NCBI GenBank assembly: GCA_050950825.1
Contig: JBMNIH010000004.1
Coordinates: 512,001 to 576,000 of the forward strand
DNA length: 64,000 nucleotides
DNA from: Clostridia bacterium
GTDB taxonomy: Bacteria > Bacillota > Clostridia > JAAYHZ01
Direction: 5' to 3'
In this document: positions 21,870 to 32,367 of the stretch, one piece after another
Position numbering within the stretch: the first letter of the stretch is position 1
Layout: every line of letters begins with the position of its first letter
Program-made: the position numbers and the translations under genes
Notes under the pieces: model-generated
Seen by the model: the letters and a program-made list of their open reading frames with translations, nothing else
Database searches by the model: none
Told to the model about the DNA's origin: nothing

Positions 21870-22823
21870 TTGAAAATAGATTTTGGCAAGATTAAAACCT
21901 ATTCCATAAAGGATAGAAAGAACTTGGTGACATACGATAACTTAAAAGATCCGGAAAAGTATATTCCCGACCCGTGGGAGAACCCCGATTTTGATCTTTT
22001 AATCGATAAAATCACGGAAGCAAGAAAGAAAAAACGCCCCGTTATCATGTTCATGGGTGCCCATGTCATTAAAAACGGTTTGTCCAAATACATCATATCT
22101 TTGGTGAATAAAGGCTATGTAACCCATTTGGCCGGAAACGGCGCTACAAGCATCCACGATTTTGAATTGGCCTTGATCGGAGGGACGTCGGAGGATGTGC
22201 CTACCGCCATTAAGGACGGCTCTTTCGGTATGTGGGAGGAAACCGGAAGGATGATGAACGAAGCCATACAACAAGGAGCGAAAAAAGGCTTAGGCTACGG
22301 GCAAAGCCTGTACCGTTACGTTCAAGAAAACGAGGAGCGCTTCTTGTATAAAGACATTTGCGTGTTTTACCAAGCACAAAAAGCGGGCATCCCGGTAACG
22401 TATCACGTTACTATCGGCACGGATATTATTCATCAGCACCCCATTGCGGATTTCGGAGCCATCGGTAAAGCCACCGGAGAGGACTTCAAGCTCTTCTGCG
22501 AATCCGTAGCCGATCTGGACAACGGCGTTTTCTTAAACTTCGGTTCCGCCGTAACCGGCGCGGAAGTCTTTTTAAAAGCCTTATCCATATCCCGAAATTT
22601 AGGATATCCTACCTATCGGATTACAACGGCCAATTTCGACTTGATCGACTTGGGAGATTATCGAAGCCGAGTCGGATATGACAATCCCCATTATTATTAT
22701 CGACCTCTAAAAAATATTGTTACAAGACCGGTTAGCGACGGCGGCACGGGATGGCATTTTTGCGTGGATCATAATATTTCCATTCCGAAAATGTATCATG
22801 CTTTAACCGCAAGAGAAAAATAA
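21870..22823 (+). CDS. Uncharacterised protein, possibly with a deoxyhypusine-synthase-like NAD-binding fold
   Basis: MGAHVIK, NGATSIHDFE, GTDIIH and FGSAVTGAEVFLKA resemble DHS-like proteins (recalled motifs). Confidence 0.5.
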   Translation: MKIDFGKIKTYSIKDRKNLVTYDNLKDPEKYIPDPWENPDFDLLIDKITEARKKKRPVIMFMGAHVIKNGLSKYIISLVNKGYVTHLAGNGATSIHDFELALIGGTSEDVPTAIKDGSFGMWEETGRMMNEAIQQGAKKGLGYGQSLYRYVQENEERFLYKDICVFYQAQKAGIPVTYHVTIGTDIIHQHPIADFGAIGKATGEDFKLFCESVADLDNGVFLNFGSAVTGAEVFLKALSISRNLGYPTYRITTANFDLIDLGDYRSRVGYDNPHYYYRPLKNIVTRPVSDGGTGWHFCVDHNISIPKMYHALTAREK

Positions 22824-22879
22824 AGGGTACAGGAGCGTTTGTATAAACGAAAGATTATCGAATTTTCCGGAGAAGAGCT

Positions 22880-23833
22880 ATGAAACTTTTATCACTGATC
22901 ATACCTGCATACAACGAAGAAGACAATGTAGAGCACTGTTACGAGGTACTGTCGGAATTAATGAACAAAAATTCCATCCGGCATGAGTTTGTATTTATCG
23001 ACGATGGTTCCGCGGATTCCACGTGGAATATCATACAAAGAATGGCGGAAGAAAAGGACAATGTGACGGCGCTGAAATTCAGCAAAAATTTCGGCAAAGA
23101 GAGTGCCATCTATGCCGGCTTAAAAAATTGCACCGGAGACTGCTGCATTGTAATGGACTGCGACCTGCAGCATCCCCCGGAGACCGCCGTTGAAATGTAT
23201 CGCATATGGGAGACCGGAGAATACCAAGTCGTAGAGGGGAGAAAAGAGAGCAGGGGAAAGGAAAGCTTTTTGTACAAAATCTTTGCCAATGCATTTTACT
23301 CCTTGCTGAAATCCTCCGCAGGAATCGATTTGCACGGCATGTCCGACTTTAAGCTGTTGGACAGGCAGGTAATTGACGTATTAACGGAAATGCCCGAAAA
23401 GCAAACCTTTTTCAGGGCCATGCCGGGTTGGACAGGCTTTAATACGACATCCGTATATTACAAGGTGGCTCCGCGATACAAAGGAATCTCCAAATGGTCG
23501 AAGAGGAAACTATTCAAATTCGCCCTTAACAACATCTCCAATTTCTCATCCATGCCCATGCAAATTGTCACCGTTTTCGGGGTCATATTCTTTATCTTTG
23601 CCGTTATATTAGGAGCGCAGACATTAATTCGAAAATTGATGGGTAGATCGGCGGAAGGCTTTTCTACGGTCATTCTCCTGTTATTAATGATCGGAAGCAT
23701 TATCATGTTCAGTTTGGGGATCATCGGATTCTACATCGCCAAGATTTACGAAGAAGTCAAGAACAGACCGAAATACATCATTTCCCGGCGTGTTGACAAG
23801 AAGAAGTCGGAAGGGAGCGTCGACGGAAAATGA
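22880..23833 (+). CDS. GT2 undecaprenyl-phosphate glycosyltransferase (GtrB/CsbB-like)
   Basis: IIPAYNEE, DDGSAD, NFGKESA and MDCDLQHPP; two C-terminal TM helices. Confidence 0.9.
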   Translation: MKLLSLIIPAYNEEDNVEHCYEVLSELMNKNSIRHEFVFIDDGSADSTWNIIQRMAEEKDNVTALKFSKNFGKESAIYAGLKNCTGDCCIVMDCDLQHPPETAVEMYRIWETGEYQVVEGRKESRGKESFLYKIFANAFYSLLKSSAGIDLHGMSDFKLLDRQVIDVLTEMPEKQTFFRAMPGWTGFNTTSVYYKVAPRYKGISKWSKRKLFKFALNNISNFSSMPMQIVTVFGVIFFIFAVILGAQTLIRKLMGRSAEGFSTVILLLLMIGSIIMFSLGIIGFYIAKIYEEVKNRPKYIISRRVDKKKSEGSVDGK

Positions 23834-26553
23834 AAAAACAAGGGTTCAAGGATTTGTTTGTCACCACGTTGAAAAACAATTATCACTATTTCGGCGCATT
23901 TTTCTTACCGATTTTGCTGTTCGGCATTGCCTATGCGTGGTTCGGTATTTATCCCTTCGGGGGAAGGTCGGTTTTGGTTTTGGATATGTACGGCCAATAC
24001 ATGGACTACTTCCAAAACTTTCGAAGCACCATATTAGGCGATAAAAGCTTCTTGTATTCTTGGGGCAGAAATTTAGGGGGAGAGATGATGGGGCTTACCG
24101 CCTATTACGTATCAAGCCCGTTTTCCCTCATTACCGTACTGTTTCCGGCAAAAAACATTTTGGAAGCGGTTTTGTTAATGGAGTTTCTTAAAATGGGTTC
24201 CATGGGGCTTACCATGTCCTACTACTTGAGAAAATCCAAGAATGCAAGCAAGTTTGCATCCCTTCTTTTTTCATTGCTTTATGCCATGTCCGCGTATCCC
24301 GTGGTCCAAATGATGAACATCATGTGGATGGACAGCTTGATATTATTGCCGTTGATTACGTTAGGCGTAGAAAGAATTGTTCGAGAAGACAAGTATAAGC
24401 TGTATTTAATGTGTCTTCCGGTGTTATGCATCGCCAATTTCTATACGGCGTACATGACGGGGCTGTTTTCCTTCTTCTATTTCTTCTACTACTACGTTTA
24501 CGTTTACGGTTTTAAAGACTTTAAGCGCTTCGTTAAAAAGACGTTCCTTTACGGTGTTTGCTCGGTGATCGGCATCGGCTGCAGCATGTTCTTAATCATT
24601 CCCACTTACTACGGCATGAAAATGGGAAAGCTGGATTTTAATAAAACGGACCTTACCTTTAAATCCACCTTCGATTTGTTTGATTTGTTTGCCGCCATGA
24701 TGCCCGGTGCTTACGACACCGTCCGAAACGAAGGAATGCCCTTTATTTACGGCGGGATGATTCTTTGGATTATGCTTCCTGCGTACTTTTTAAACAAGAA
24801 GATAAGCACAAGGCATCGAGCGCTGTCCATGGCTATGCTGTGGTTTATAACCTTGAGCATGGCCATCAATACCTTGGATATCGCTTGGCACATATTCAAA
24901 ATGACCAATTGGCTTCCTTATCGGTACTCGTTCTTGTTTACGTTTTTTGTAGTGGTTTTATGCTGCGAAGCGTTTATAAATCTGAAAGCGATAACGAAAG
25001 AAAACTTGCTGAAGTTTTACGGAGTATCGGTGCTTATAATCCTTTTGGTCCAAAAATTCGGCTATGACTTTATTACCGCAGAGGAAAACGTTTGGCTTGC
25101 TTTGGTTTGCATTTCCTTCGTTACGCTATTGGTTTATGTATTCAAAACCGGAAAGCAGCGCCAATTGACGGCTCTTGCTTTGCTTATGTTCATATCGACG
25201 GAATTGACCGTGAATGCCTGCGAGCTGATATACGACTTGCACATGGACGTAGTTTATAGCACCCGGGCAAGCTATGTGGATTTCTTTAAAGAAACAAAGC
25301 CGGTTGTGGATGCGGTTCAAGAATACGACACCGGTTTCTACAGAATGGGCACCACCTTCCGACGGACGACAAACGACCCCTTGTCTTTGGGATACAAGGG
25401 TTTGGCTCATTCCAGCTCTACTTTGAACTTAAAGATTTTGGATTTTATTAAGGTGATGGGAATCAGTATGAGAGGCCATTGGGCGAGATACTATGGGACT
25501 ACCATTCTCAGCGATTCTTTATTGGGATTCAAGTACGTGCTTTCGAAAAATTACATGCCTTTTCCTTACTACAAAAAATTGGATTTAATCGAAAGCCCCA
25601 TCACGATTTATGAAAATCCCTACGCACTGCCTATAGCATTCGGCGCCCACGAGCGGGTAGACAAAGTGTATTTATACGGAGACGACCCGCTTCGCCAGCA
25701 GAACAAGCTTTTAAGCGGCATCATCGGAGATTATATGTACGTGGAGTATTTTAAAAAGGTGGAGCCGGTGGAAAAGCTTACGGAAAACTTGTCTACCCAA
25801 ACCCTGCAATCCGGCCATGTTTACTACAAAAAGCTGGATAAGAACCGAAAGGCTACGGTGGAATTCTTGCTAAAGGGCGTGAAAGGATACAACCTGTATG
25901 CCTTTTTCCCCACGAATTATGAAAGAGAAGTGGATTTGAAGTTAAACGGAGAAGAATTCGGTGAATACTTTAGCAACGACTACTACGCGATATTGAATTT
26001 AGGTGCGTTCCCCGACGGCGAAACGGTGTCTTTGGAAATGACCCTAAAAGATGAAGAATTGTATTACAAAAGCGCGAACTTTTATTACTTGGATATGGAA
26101 GCGTTTGAAGAAGCCGTCGAAGAGCTGAAAAAGAACGGACTTCAAATTACGTACCACAGCGAAACGGAAATCAAGGGTTATGTGAATCTGGACGAGGATA
26201 AATCCTTTTTGTTCACCACCATTCCTTACGAAGAAGGCTGGCATGTAAAGGTAGACGGCAAGGAAACGGAAACGGTGGAATTGGCGGACGCTCTATTAGG
26301 CATACCCATAACCCCGGGAGAGCATACCGTCGAAATGAAATTTATACCCTCGGGATTCGTTTTAGGCAGCGGCATATCCGGCGTTTGCTTCGTGTTACTG
26401 GTTCTTTTGGCGGTATATAAGCCGAAAAAAAGAAAGAAACCGGAGCCTGCCGAAGAAGTGAAAGAGATTTCCCAAACGGAAAACCAAGAGAATGAAAGAA
26501 CGACGGATTCTTCCGAAGAAAACGGGAGGGAAATAAGGGAGGAAACTTCTTAA
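23830..26553 (+). CDS. YfhO family membrane glycosyltransferase
   Basis: Many TM segments, YYVSSPFS, NWLPYRYSF and TTIPYEEGWHVKVDG; paired with a GtrB-like GT2. Confidence 0.88.
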   Translation: MKKQGFKDLFVTTLKNNYHYFGAFFLPILLFGIAYAWFGIYPFGGRSVLVLDMYGQYMDYFQNFRSTILGDKSFLYSWGRNLGGEMMGLTAYYVSSPFSLITVLFPAKNILEAVLLMEFLKMGSMGLTMSYYLRKSKNASKFASLLFSLLYAMSAYPVVQMMNIMWMDSLILLPLITLGVERIVREDKYKLYLMCLPVLCIANFYTAYMTGLFSFFYFFYYYVYVYGFKDFKRFVKKTFLYGVCSVIGIGCSMFLIIPTYYGMKMGKLDFNKTDLTFKSTFDLFDLFAAMMPGAYDTVRNEGMPFIYGGMILWIMLPAYFLNKKISTRHRALSMAMLWFITLSMAINTLDIAWHIFKMTNWLPYRYSFLFTFFVVVLCCEAFINLKAITKENLLKFYGVSVLIILLVQKFGYDFITAEENVWLALVCISFVTLLVYVFKTGKQRQLTALALLMFISTELTVNACELIYDLHMDVVYSTRASYVDFFKETKPVVDAVQEYDTGFYRMGTTFRRTTNDPLSLGYKGLAHSSSTLNLKILDFIKVMGISMRGHWARYYGTTILSDSLLGFKYVLSKNYMPFPYYKKLDLIESPITIYENPYALPIAFGAHERVDKVYLYGDDPLRQQNKLLSGIIGDYMYVEYFKKVEPVEKLTENLSTQTLQSGHVYYKKLDKNRKATVEFLLKGVKGYNLYAFFPTNYEREVDLKLNGEEFGEYFSNDYYAILNLGAFPDGETVSLEMTLKDEELYYKSANFYYLDMEAFEEAVEELKKNGLQITYHSETEIKGYVNLDEDKSFLFTTIPYEEGWHVKVDGKETETVELADALLGIPITPGEHTVEMKFIPSGFVLGSGISGVCFVLLVLLAVYKPKKRKKPEPAEEVKEISQTENQENERTTDSSEENGREIREETS

Positions 26554-26563
26554 AAACCCTTCA

Positions 26564-26592
26564 TTGACGGAAATCTTTCAGTATGTTATAAT
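26564..26592 (+). promoter_or_regulatory. Sigma-A promoter of rex
   Basis: TTGACG-17 nt-TATAAT with extended TG. Confidence 0.65.
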
Positions 26593-26640
26593 TTTCACAT
26601 ACTAGTGCTTAATTTTGGTTAAGTGGATGGGAGTTTAAAA

Positions 26641-27282
26641 ATGAGTAATGATAACAAGAAAATTTCGCTGGCGGTTGTAAGACGACTGCCCAGATACTAC
26701 CGATATTTGTATGATTTGCTGCAAAGCGGCGTTACCCGAATATCTTCGAGAGAATTAAGCGAAAAAATGGGAGTTACGGCTTCCCAAATTCGACAAGACT
26801 TAAATTGCTTCGGAGGCTTCGGCCAGCAGGGCTACGGCTACAACGTGCAAAATCTGTTTAACGAAATCAGCAAGATTTTAGGAACGGACCATCGTTTTAA
26901 TGTAATTATTATCGGATTGGGAAATATGGGCCACGCTTTGGCGAATTACGAAAACTTCAAAAAAAGAGGCTTCGATATTATCGGAATCTTCGATATAAAG
27001 CCGGAGTTGATCGGGACGACGGTGAACAATATCAAAGTCATGCATATGGACGAGTTGGACGAGTTTGTCAAAAACAACCGAGTGGATATCGGCATTCTTT
27101 CCGTGCCCTATGGACAAACGCCGGCTATCGCCGATCGATTGGGACGGTTAGGAGTGAAAGGTTTGTGGAACTTTTCACCGATGGATTTGAAGCTTCCCTA
27201 TGACATCGAAATCGAAAACGTGCACTTAAGCGACAGTCTTATGGTTTTAGGATATAAAATCGATAGCAAAATGAAAAAATAA
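26641..27282 (+). CDS. rex: Redox-sensing transcriptional repressor Rex
   Basis: RRLPRYYR, QIRQDL..FG.FGQQGYGY and GLGNMG. Confidence 0.96.
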   Translation: MSNDNKKISLAVVRRLPRYYRYLYDLLQSGVTRISSRELSEKMGVTASQIRQDLNCFGGFGQQGYGYNVQNLFNEISKILGTDHRFNVIIIGLGNMGHALANYENFKKRGFDIIGIFDIKPELIGTTVNNIKVMHMDELDEFVKNNRVDIGILSVPYGQTPAIADRLGRLGVKGLWNFSPMDLKLPYDIEIENVHLSDSLMVLGYKIDSKMKK

Positions 27283-27476
27283 GATTGAAACCCGGTTTCT
27301 TTGCTGTTATAATCAATATGTTTTAATTAGCTTGATTTTGTGCAATAATCTTTGCGTAACAATCTTTTTTAAACATTTACTGCGTTTATCGGTTAATTGT
27401 TAAATTAATCTACATAATTTAGCAATTGATTTTTTAAGAATATTTCAGAGCAAATTAACCTTACAGGAGGATTATA

Positions 27477-29552
27477 ATGAAAAACTACTCCATAAAGAAC
27501 CTTAGGAACGTTTGTCTTATGGGCCACGGAGGCTCCGGCAAGACGACTTTAGTAGAAGCGATGTTGTTCAATTCGGGCGCTATCCCCAGAATGGGAAAGG
27601 TCACCAGCGGAAATACGGCAATGGATTTCGACCCGGAAGAAATCAAAAGACACTTTTCTATAAACACATCCATCGCTCCGGTTGAATGGAAGGACGTTAA
27701 AATTAATTTTATCGATACACCGGGATACTTTGATTTTGTAGGTGAGGTCGTACAAGGCATAAGAGCCGCCGAAAGTGCAATCGTTGTACTTCCCGCTAAG
27801 AACGGTGTTGAAGTCGGAACCGAAAAAGCCATGCATTTGGTGAACGAGTCGGGCATCAGCAAAATGTTCTTTATCAGCAAAATGGACGAAGAAAATGCGG
27901 ATTTTGATAAAACCTACCAAGAGCTGAAGGACATGTTCGGAGTCGGTGTCGTAGCGCTTCAATTGCCTATCATAGAAAACGGCACTTTTACAGGTATCGT
28001 AGACATACTGGCTAACAAAGCCTATACCTTCGACAAGGGCAAGGCCGTTGAAAGACCTGTTCCTTCCAATATGGAAAGCAGCATCGAAGAAATTCGCGAA
28101 GGCATTATGGAAGCCATCGCCGAAACCGACGAAGAATTGATGGAAAAATACTTCGAAGGTGAACCCTTCACTCATGAAGAAATCAACAAAGGGTTGGCAG
28201 CCGGAATTTCCGCCGGTGAAATAAGCCCGGTATTCTGCGGTTCGGCGGATAAAAACATGGGTATAGACTTGCTTGCCAATGCCATTGTAAACTTGCTTCC
28301 TTCTCCGGATGTAAAGAAGTCCATAACGGCTGCGACGCCGGAAGGCGAAGCCATAGAAGTGGAGGTTTCCGAAAACGAAAAATTCTCCGCATTGATTTTC
28401 AAGACCATTGCGGACCCCTTTGTCGGTAAAATTTCCATGTTCAAAGTATTCAGCGGTGTCATCACTGCCGACACGCCCCTTTACAATTCAACAACGGGCA
28501 AAAGCGAAAAGATAACCCAATTGTTTTTCCCCATGGGAAAACAGCAAATCAACACAAGCAAGATCATTGCCGGTGATATCGGTGCTTTGACAAAGCTGCA
28601 AGCCAACACCAACGATACCCTGTGCACGGCAGCGAAAAAAGTGGTTCATGAAAAAATTAAGTTCCCCGAACCGGTATTGACCTTGGCGGTAGAACCCCTT
28701 GCGAAGGGTGACGAAGAAAAGATCAGCAGCGGTCTACAAAGACTGTTGGACGAAGATCCTACCTTCAAGATCGAAGTCAACCAAGAAACACGCCAAACCT
28801 TGATCAAAGGTATCGGTGATCAACACTTGGACGTTATCACCAGCAAATTGAAGGCGAAATTCGGTGTCGACGTAAAATTAACCGATCCGAAGGTTCCTTA
28901 CCGTGAAACCATCCGGAAAAAAGCCGAACGTGTGGAAGGAAAGCATAAGAAGCAATCCGGCGGACACGGACAATACGGTCACGTATTTATTACCTTCGAA
29001 CCTTGCGAAAGCGAAGATTTGATATTTGAAGAGCAAGTATTCGGCGGCGCCGTACCGAGAAACTACTTCCCTGCAGTAGAAAAAGGGTTGAGAGAAAGTA
29101 TAACGAAGGGTGTATTGGCCGGATATCCGATGGTAAACTTAAAGGCGATCTTGTTAGATGGTTCTTACCATCCGGTTGACTCCTCCGAAATCGCTTTCAA
29201 AATCGCCGCCAGCTTGGCATATAAGAAAGGGATTCCCTTGGCAAGTCCCGTACTCCTTGAGCCCGTTTACAAAGCCGAAATCATTATTCCCGATGCCAAC
29301 TTAGGAGACGTTATCGGGGATATGAACAAGAGAAGAGGAAGAATTCTCGGAATGGAACCGATGCACGGCGGATTACAAAAAGTAACGGCGGAAGTTCCTT
29401 TGGCGGAAATGTTCAAGTATGCAACGGATTTAAGATCCATGACCCAAGGAAGAGGAAACTACTCCATGGAATTCATACGCTACGAAGAAGTTCCTGCCAA
29501 TATTGCAGAAAAAATTATTGCCGAAGCCAATAAAGAAAAGGATGAAGAATAA
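27477..29552 (+). CDS. Elongation factor G paralogue (EF-G2 type)
   Basis: GHGGSGKT, DTPGYFDF, KQSGGHGQYG and YATDLRSMTQGRG; RHFSI replaces canonical RGITI; not in the str operon. Confidence 0.9.
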   Translation: MKNYSIKNLRNVCLMGHGGSGKTTLVEAMLFNSGAIPRMGKVTSGNTAMDFDPEEIKRHFSINTSIAPVEWKDVKINFIDTPGYFDFVGEVVQGIRAAESAIVVLPAKNGVEVGTEKAMHLVNESGISKMFFISKMDEENADFDKTYQELKDMFGVGVVALQLPIIENGTFTGIVDILANKAYTFDKGKAVERPVPSNMESSIEEIREGIMEAIAETDEELMEKYFEGEPFTHEEINKGLAAGISAGEISPVFCGSADKNMGIDLLANAIVNLLPSPDVKKSITAATPEGEAIEVEVSENEKFSALIFKTIADPFVGKISMFKVFSGVITADTPLYNSTTGKSEKITQLFFPMGKQQINTSKIIAGDIGALTKLQANTNDTLCTAAKKVVHEKIKFPEPVLTLAVEPLAKGDEEKISSGLQRLLDEDPTFKIEVNQETRQTLIKGIGDQHLDVITSKLKAKFGVDVKLTDPKVPYRETIRKKAERVEGKHKKQSGGHGQYGHVFITFEPCESEDLIFEEQVFGGAVPRNYFPAVEKGLRESITKGVLAGYPMVNLKAILLDGSYHPVDSSEIAFKIAASLAYKKGIPLASPVLLEPVYKAEIIIPDANLGDVIGDMNKRRGRILGMEPMHGGLQKVTAEVPLAEMFKYATDLRSMTQGRGNYSMEFIRYEEVPANIAEKIIAEANKEKDEE

Positions 29553-29566
29553 TAACGAAATAAGGA

Positions 29567-29599
29567 TAAAAGCACGGGATAAGTTCTCGTGCTTTTTTT
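29567..29599 (+). terminator. Intrinsic terminator
   Basis: AAAAGCACGGGA-taagt-TCTCGTGCTTTTTTT. Confidence 0.75.
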
Positions 29600-29630
29600 G
29601 TCATCATTAAAAAACAAGGAGGGAAATACG

Positions 29631-30629
29631 ATGACGTACATACCGGCAAAAGAAAGATACGATACGATGCGGTACAATTATTGCGGAAAAAGCGGTTTGA
29701 AGCTTCCTGCCGTATCCTTGGGTTTATGGCACAATTTCGGCGGTGTCACATTGTATGAGAACAGCCGGAGCATGATTCGAAAGGCTTTTGATTTGGGGAT
29801 TACCCATTTTGATATCGCCAATAACTACGGCCCCCCTCCGGGGTCTGCGGAAGAAAATTTCGGCAGAATATTAAAATCGGATTTTCACGGATACCGAGAC
29901 GAAATGATCATCTCGACCAAAGCCGGCTATTACATGTGGCCGGGGCCTTACGGGGAATGGGGATCGAAAAAAAGCATTATCGCTAGCCTCGATCAAAGCC
30001 TAAAAAGACTGGGATTGGATTACGTGGACATCTTTTATCACCACAGGCCCGACCCGAATACGCCTTTGGAAGAAACCATGGGAGCTTTGGATTTGATTGT
30101 GCGGCAGGGTAAGGCCTTGTATGCGGGCATTTCCAACTACGATCCGGAGCAAACATTAAAGGCTTCCCGAATATTAAAGGACTTAAAGACCCCTTGCCTT
30201 ATTCACCAGGTCCGGTATTCCATGCTGGATCGGAAGCCGGAACGGGGGTTATTGGATGTATTGGGGCAAGAGGGAATCGGCTGTATCGCCTTTTCGCCTT
30301 TAGCCAAAGGCATCCTTACGGATCGATACATAAATGGAATTCCTTCCGATTCGAGAGCGGCAAAAGGAGGACCTTTCTTAAAGCCGGAAGACATTACTCC
30401 TCAAGTGATGAATAAGGTGATAAAGCTCCATGCTTTGGCGGAAAAAAGAGGACAAAGCTTGGCGCAAATGGCTCTTTCATGGCTTTTAAAGGACAAGCGT
30501 GTAACATCGGTATTGATCGGTGCAAGCAAGCCGGAGCAAATTGAAGATTGCGTGTGCTCCCTTAAAAATCTTGATTTTTCCAAAGAGGAATTGAATGACA
30601 TCGAAAGCATTTTAAGCGATACGAAGTAA
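29631..30629 (+). CDS. Aldo/keto reductase, L-glyceraldehyde-3-phosphate reductase (YghZ/MgrA type)
   Basis: SLGLWHNFG, THFDIANNYGPPPGSAE and STKAGY.MWPGPYGEWGS. Confidence 0.9.
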   Translation: MTYIPAKERYDTMRYNYCGKSGLKLPAVSLGLWHNFGGVTLYENSRSMIRKAFDLGITHFDIANNYGPPPGSAEENFGRILKSDFHGYRDEMIISTKAGYYMWPGPYGEWGSKKSIIASLDQSLKRLGLDYVDIFYHHRPDPNTPLEETMGALDLIVRQGKALYAGISNYDPEQTLKASRILKDLKTPCLIHQVRYSMLDRKPERGLLDVLGQEGIGCIAFSPLAKGILTDRYINGIPSDSRAAKGGPFLKPEDITPQVMNKVIKLHALAEKRGQSLAQMALSWLLKDKRVTSVLIGASKPEQIEDCVCSLKNLDFSKEELNDIESILSDTK

Positions 30630-30709
30630 TAAATATACAGGAAGAAAAGAAACAATTATGATACGCGACACGTCTAATTATATATAGATAAATTTGGAGG
30701 AACGAAATA

Positions 30710-31684
30710 ATGAAAAGAAAATTACTGATATTTGTTATTGGGATTCTTTTGGTTTCTCTGCTGGCAGGTTGTGCGGCAAAAAAATCCGATAAAACCGCCG
30801 AAGGATATATGCCTGCGATGACGACCGTCGCTACTACAACGGCGGGTTGGAGCAAGGAATACGGTTTGAGCGAAACAAATGATTACGATTCGTTAGGGGA
30901 TTTGAGCGAAAATACCGCTCTTCGAAATCGTAAAGTCATACTGAATGCACGCCTGTCCTTGGAGGTGGAAGAATTTGACGGTGCATACACCATAATCAAA
31001 ACCATGATTGCTCCTTACGGATACGTACAAGAAACTTCCATCAGTAAAGATAAATATTATCCTGAAGGCTCACAGGACTACATCTATATCACCCGAGGCG
31101 TTATCGTTATTCGGGTAGACGCCGATAAATTCGAACAAACGCTGGAGAACATCGCCGGGATCGGAGTCGTATTGGACGAAAAGAGGGGATCGGATGATAT
31201 TACCTATGCATACACCGACACCGAAGCCCGAATTCGATTGCTGGAGGACGAGCAAAGGCGGTTAGAAGAGTATTTAAAGGACAAAACGAAGGATGCGGAT
31301 TTCATTTTTAAAGTCCAGTCCCGATTGACGGAGGTCCTGTACCAAATCGAAAGCCTAAAGGGCAACATACAAAGATGGGACGATCTTATCGAATTGTCCA
31401 CTATCACCATAGAAATGAGGGAAAAGGTTCCCGGTCAAAAACCCGTAAAAGAATATACGTTTTGGGATAAGCTCGAAAAATCCTTCAGGCAAGCTCTTCA
31501 AGTTTGTGAAGGTATCGTTATATTTATCATTTCCGCAATTCCGGTAATTTTGATTATCGGAGGCTTGGCGTTATTGGTTGTATTTGCCATAAGATTCTTG
31601 CTGCGAGTGCCGGTTCGAAAAAAAGACAAGAACGAAGAAAAGTCCCGACCGAAACAGACAGACAATCCTCATAACGAGTCGTAA
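30710..31684 (+). CDS. DUF4349 family lipoprotein
   Basis: Lipobox LAGC, DIT..YTD.EAR coiled coil and C-terminal TM. Confidence 0.75.
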   Translation: MKRKLLIFVIGILLVSLLAGCAAKKSDKTAEGYMPAMTTVATTTAGWSKEYGLSETNDYDSLGDLSENTALRNRKVILNARLSLEVEEFDGAYTIIKTMIAPYGYVQETSISKDKYYPEGSQDYIYITRGVIVIRVDADKFEQTLENIAGIGVVLDEKRGSDDITYAYTDTEARIRLLEDEQRRLEEYLKDKTKDADFIFKVQSRLTEVLYQIESLKGNIQRWDDLIELSTITIEMREKVPGQKPVKEYTFWDKLEKSFRQALQVCEGIVIFIISAIPVILIIGGLALLVVFAIRFLLRVPVRKKDKNEEKSRPKQTDNPHNES

Positions 31685-31796
31685 AAAATGCGGTTTTTCA
31701 TAGAGTCCGGAGGAGCATTCCTTCGGACTTTGTTTATATAGACTTGTTGCTTTTTATGACGAATGTTCCGTAAAATAGAAACGTAGAATTTTAATA

Positions 31797-31849
31797 TTGC
31801 AATATTTTTTCGGGTATATTATAATATATAATAGTCAAAGATAGTCAAA
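31797..31849 (+). promoter_or_regulatory. Sigma-A promoter with CtsR box
   Basis: TTGCAA-17 nt-TATAAT, then the heptad repeat AGTCAAA-GAT-AGTCAAA at 31833-31849. Confidence 0.88.
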
Positions 31850-31883
31850 ATCAGTATTGGTATATTGAGTGAGGTGAGGAAAT

Positions 31884-32345
31884 ATGGCTATATTAAGTGA
31901 CTTAATAGAAAATTTCATAAAAGAATTAATCAATGAAACGGAAGGAAATGTTGAAATAAAAAGGAATGAATTAGCGAGCAAGTTTAATTGCGTTCCTTCA
32001 CAAATAAATTATGTTATCGGAACTCGTTTCACGCAGGAGAGGGGCTATTATGTGGAAAGCAGACGCGGTGGGGGTGGCCATATTCGAATCACACGAGTCG
32101 AAGTGGACAGACCCGGCGACTACTTAATGCACATCGTAGCTTCCATGGGCGATTCCATATCCCAGCAATCCGCCCAGATATTCATACAAAACTTTATCGA
32201 TTATGAAATCATTACCCCGAAAATAGGGGAACTGATGAAGGCCGCCACCAGCGATCGAGCGCTGGAAGCGATTTCACCGCCTATAAGAGACATTGTTCGT
32301 GCAAGTATCATGAAGAATATGCTGGCTTGTATTCGAGTGAAATAA
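31884..32345 (+). CDS. ctsR: Class III heat-shock repressor CtsR
   Basis: FNCVPSQINYV and ESRRGGGGHIRI. Confidence 0.96.
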   Translation: MAILSDLIENFIKELINETEGNVEIKRNELASKFNCVPSQINYVIGTRFTQERGYYVESRRGGGGHIRITRVEVDRPGDYLMHIVASMGDSISQQSAQIFIQNFIDYEIITPKIGELMKAATSDRALEAISPPIRDIVRASIMKNMLACIRVK

Positions 32346-32367
32346 CAAGGAATGGAAGTTGATTATT

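Noticed and set aside
27283-27476. Rex operator or riboswitch upstream of the EF-G paralogue
   Set aside because: AT-rich, but no convincing TTGTGAA-N4-TTCACAA-type palindrome or aptamer was seen.
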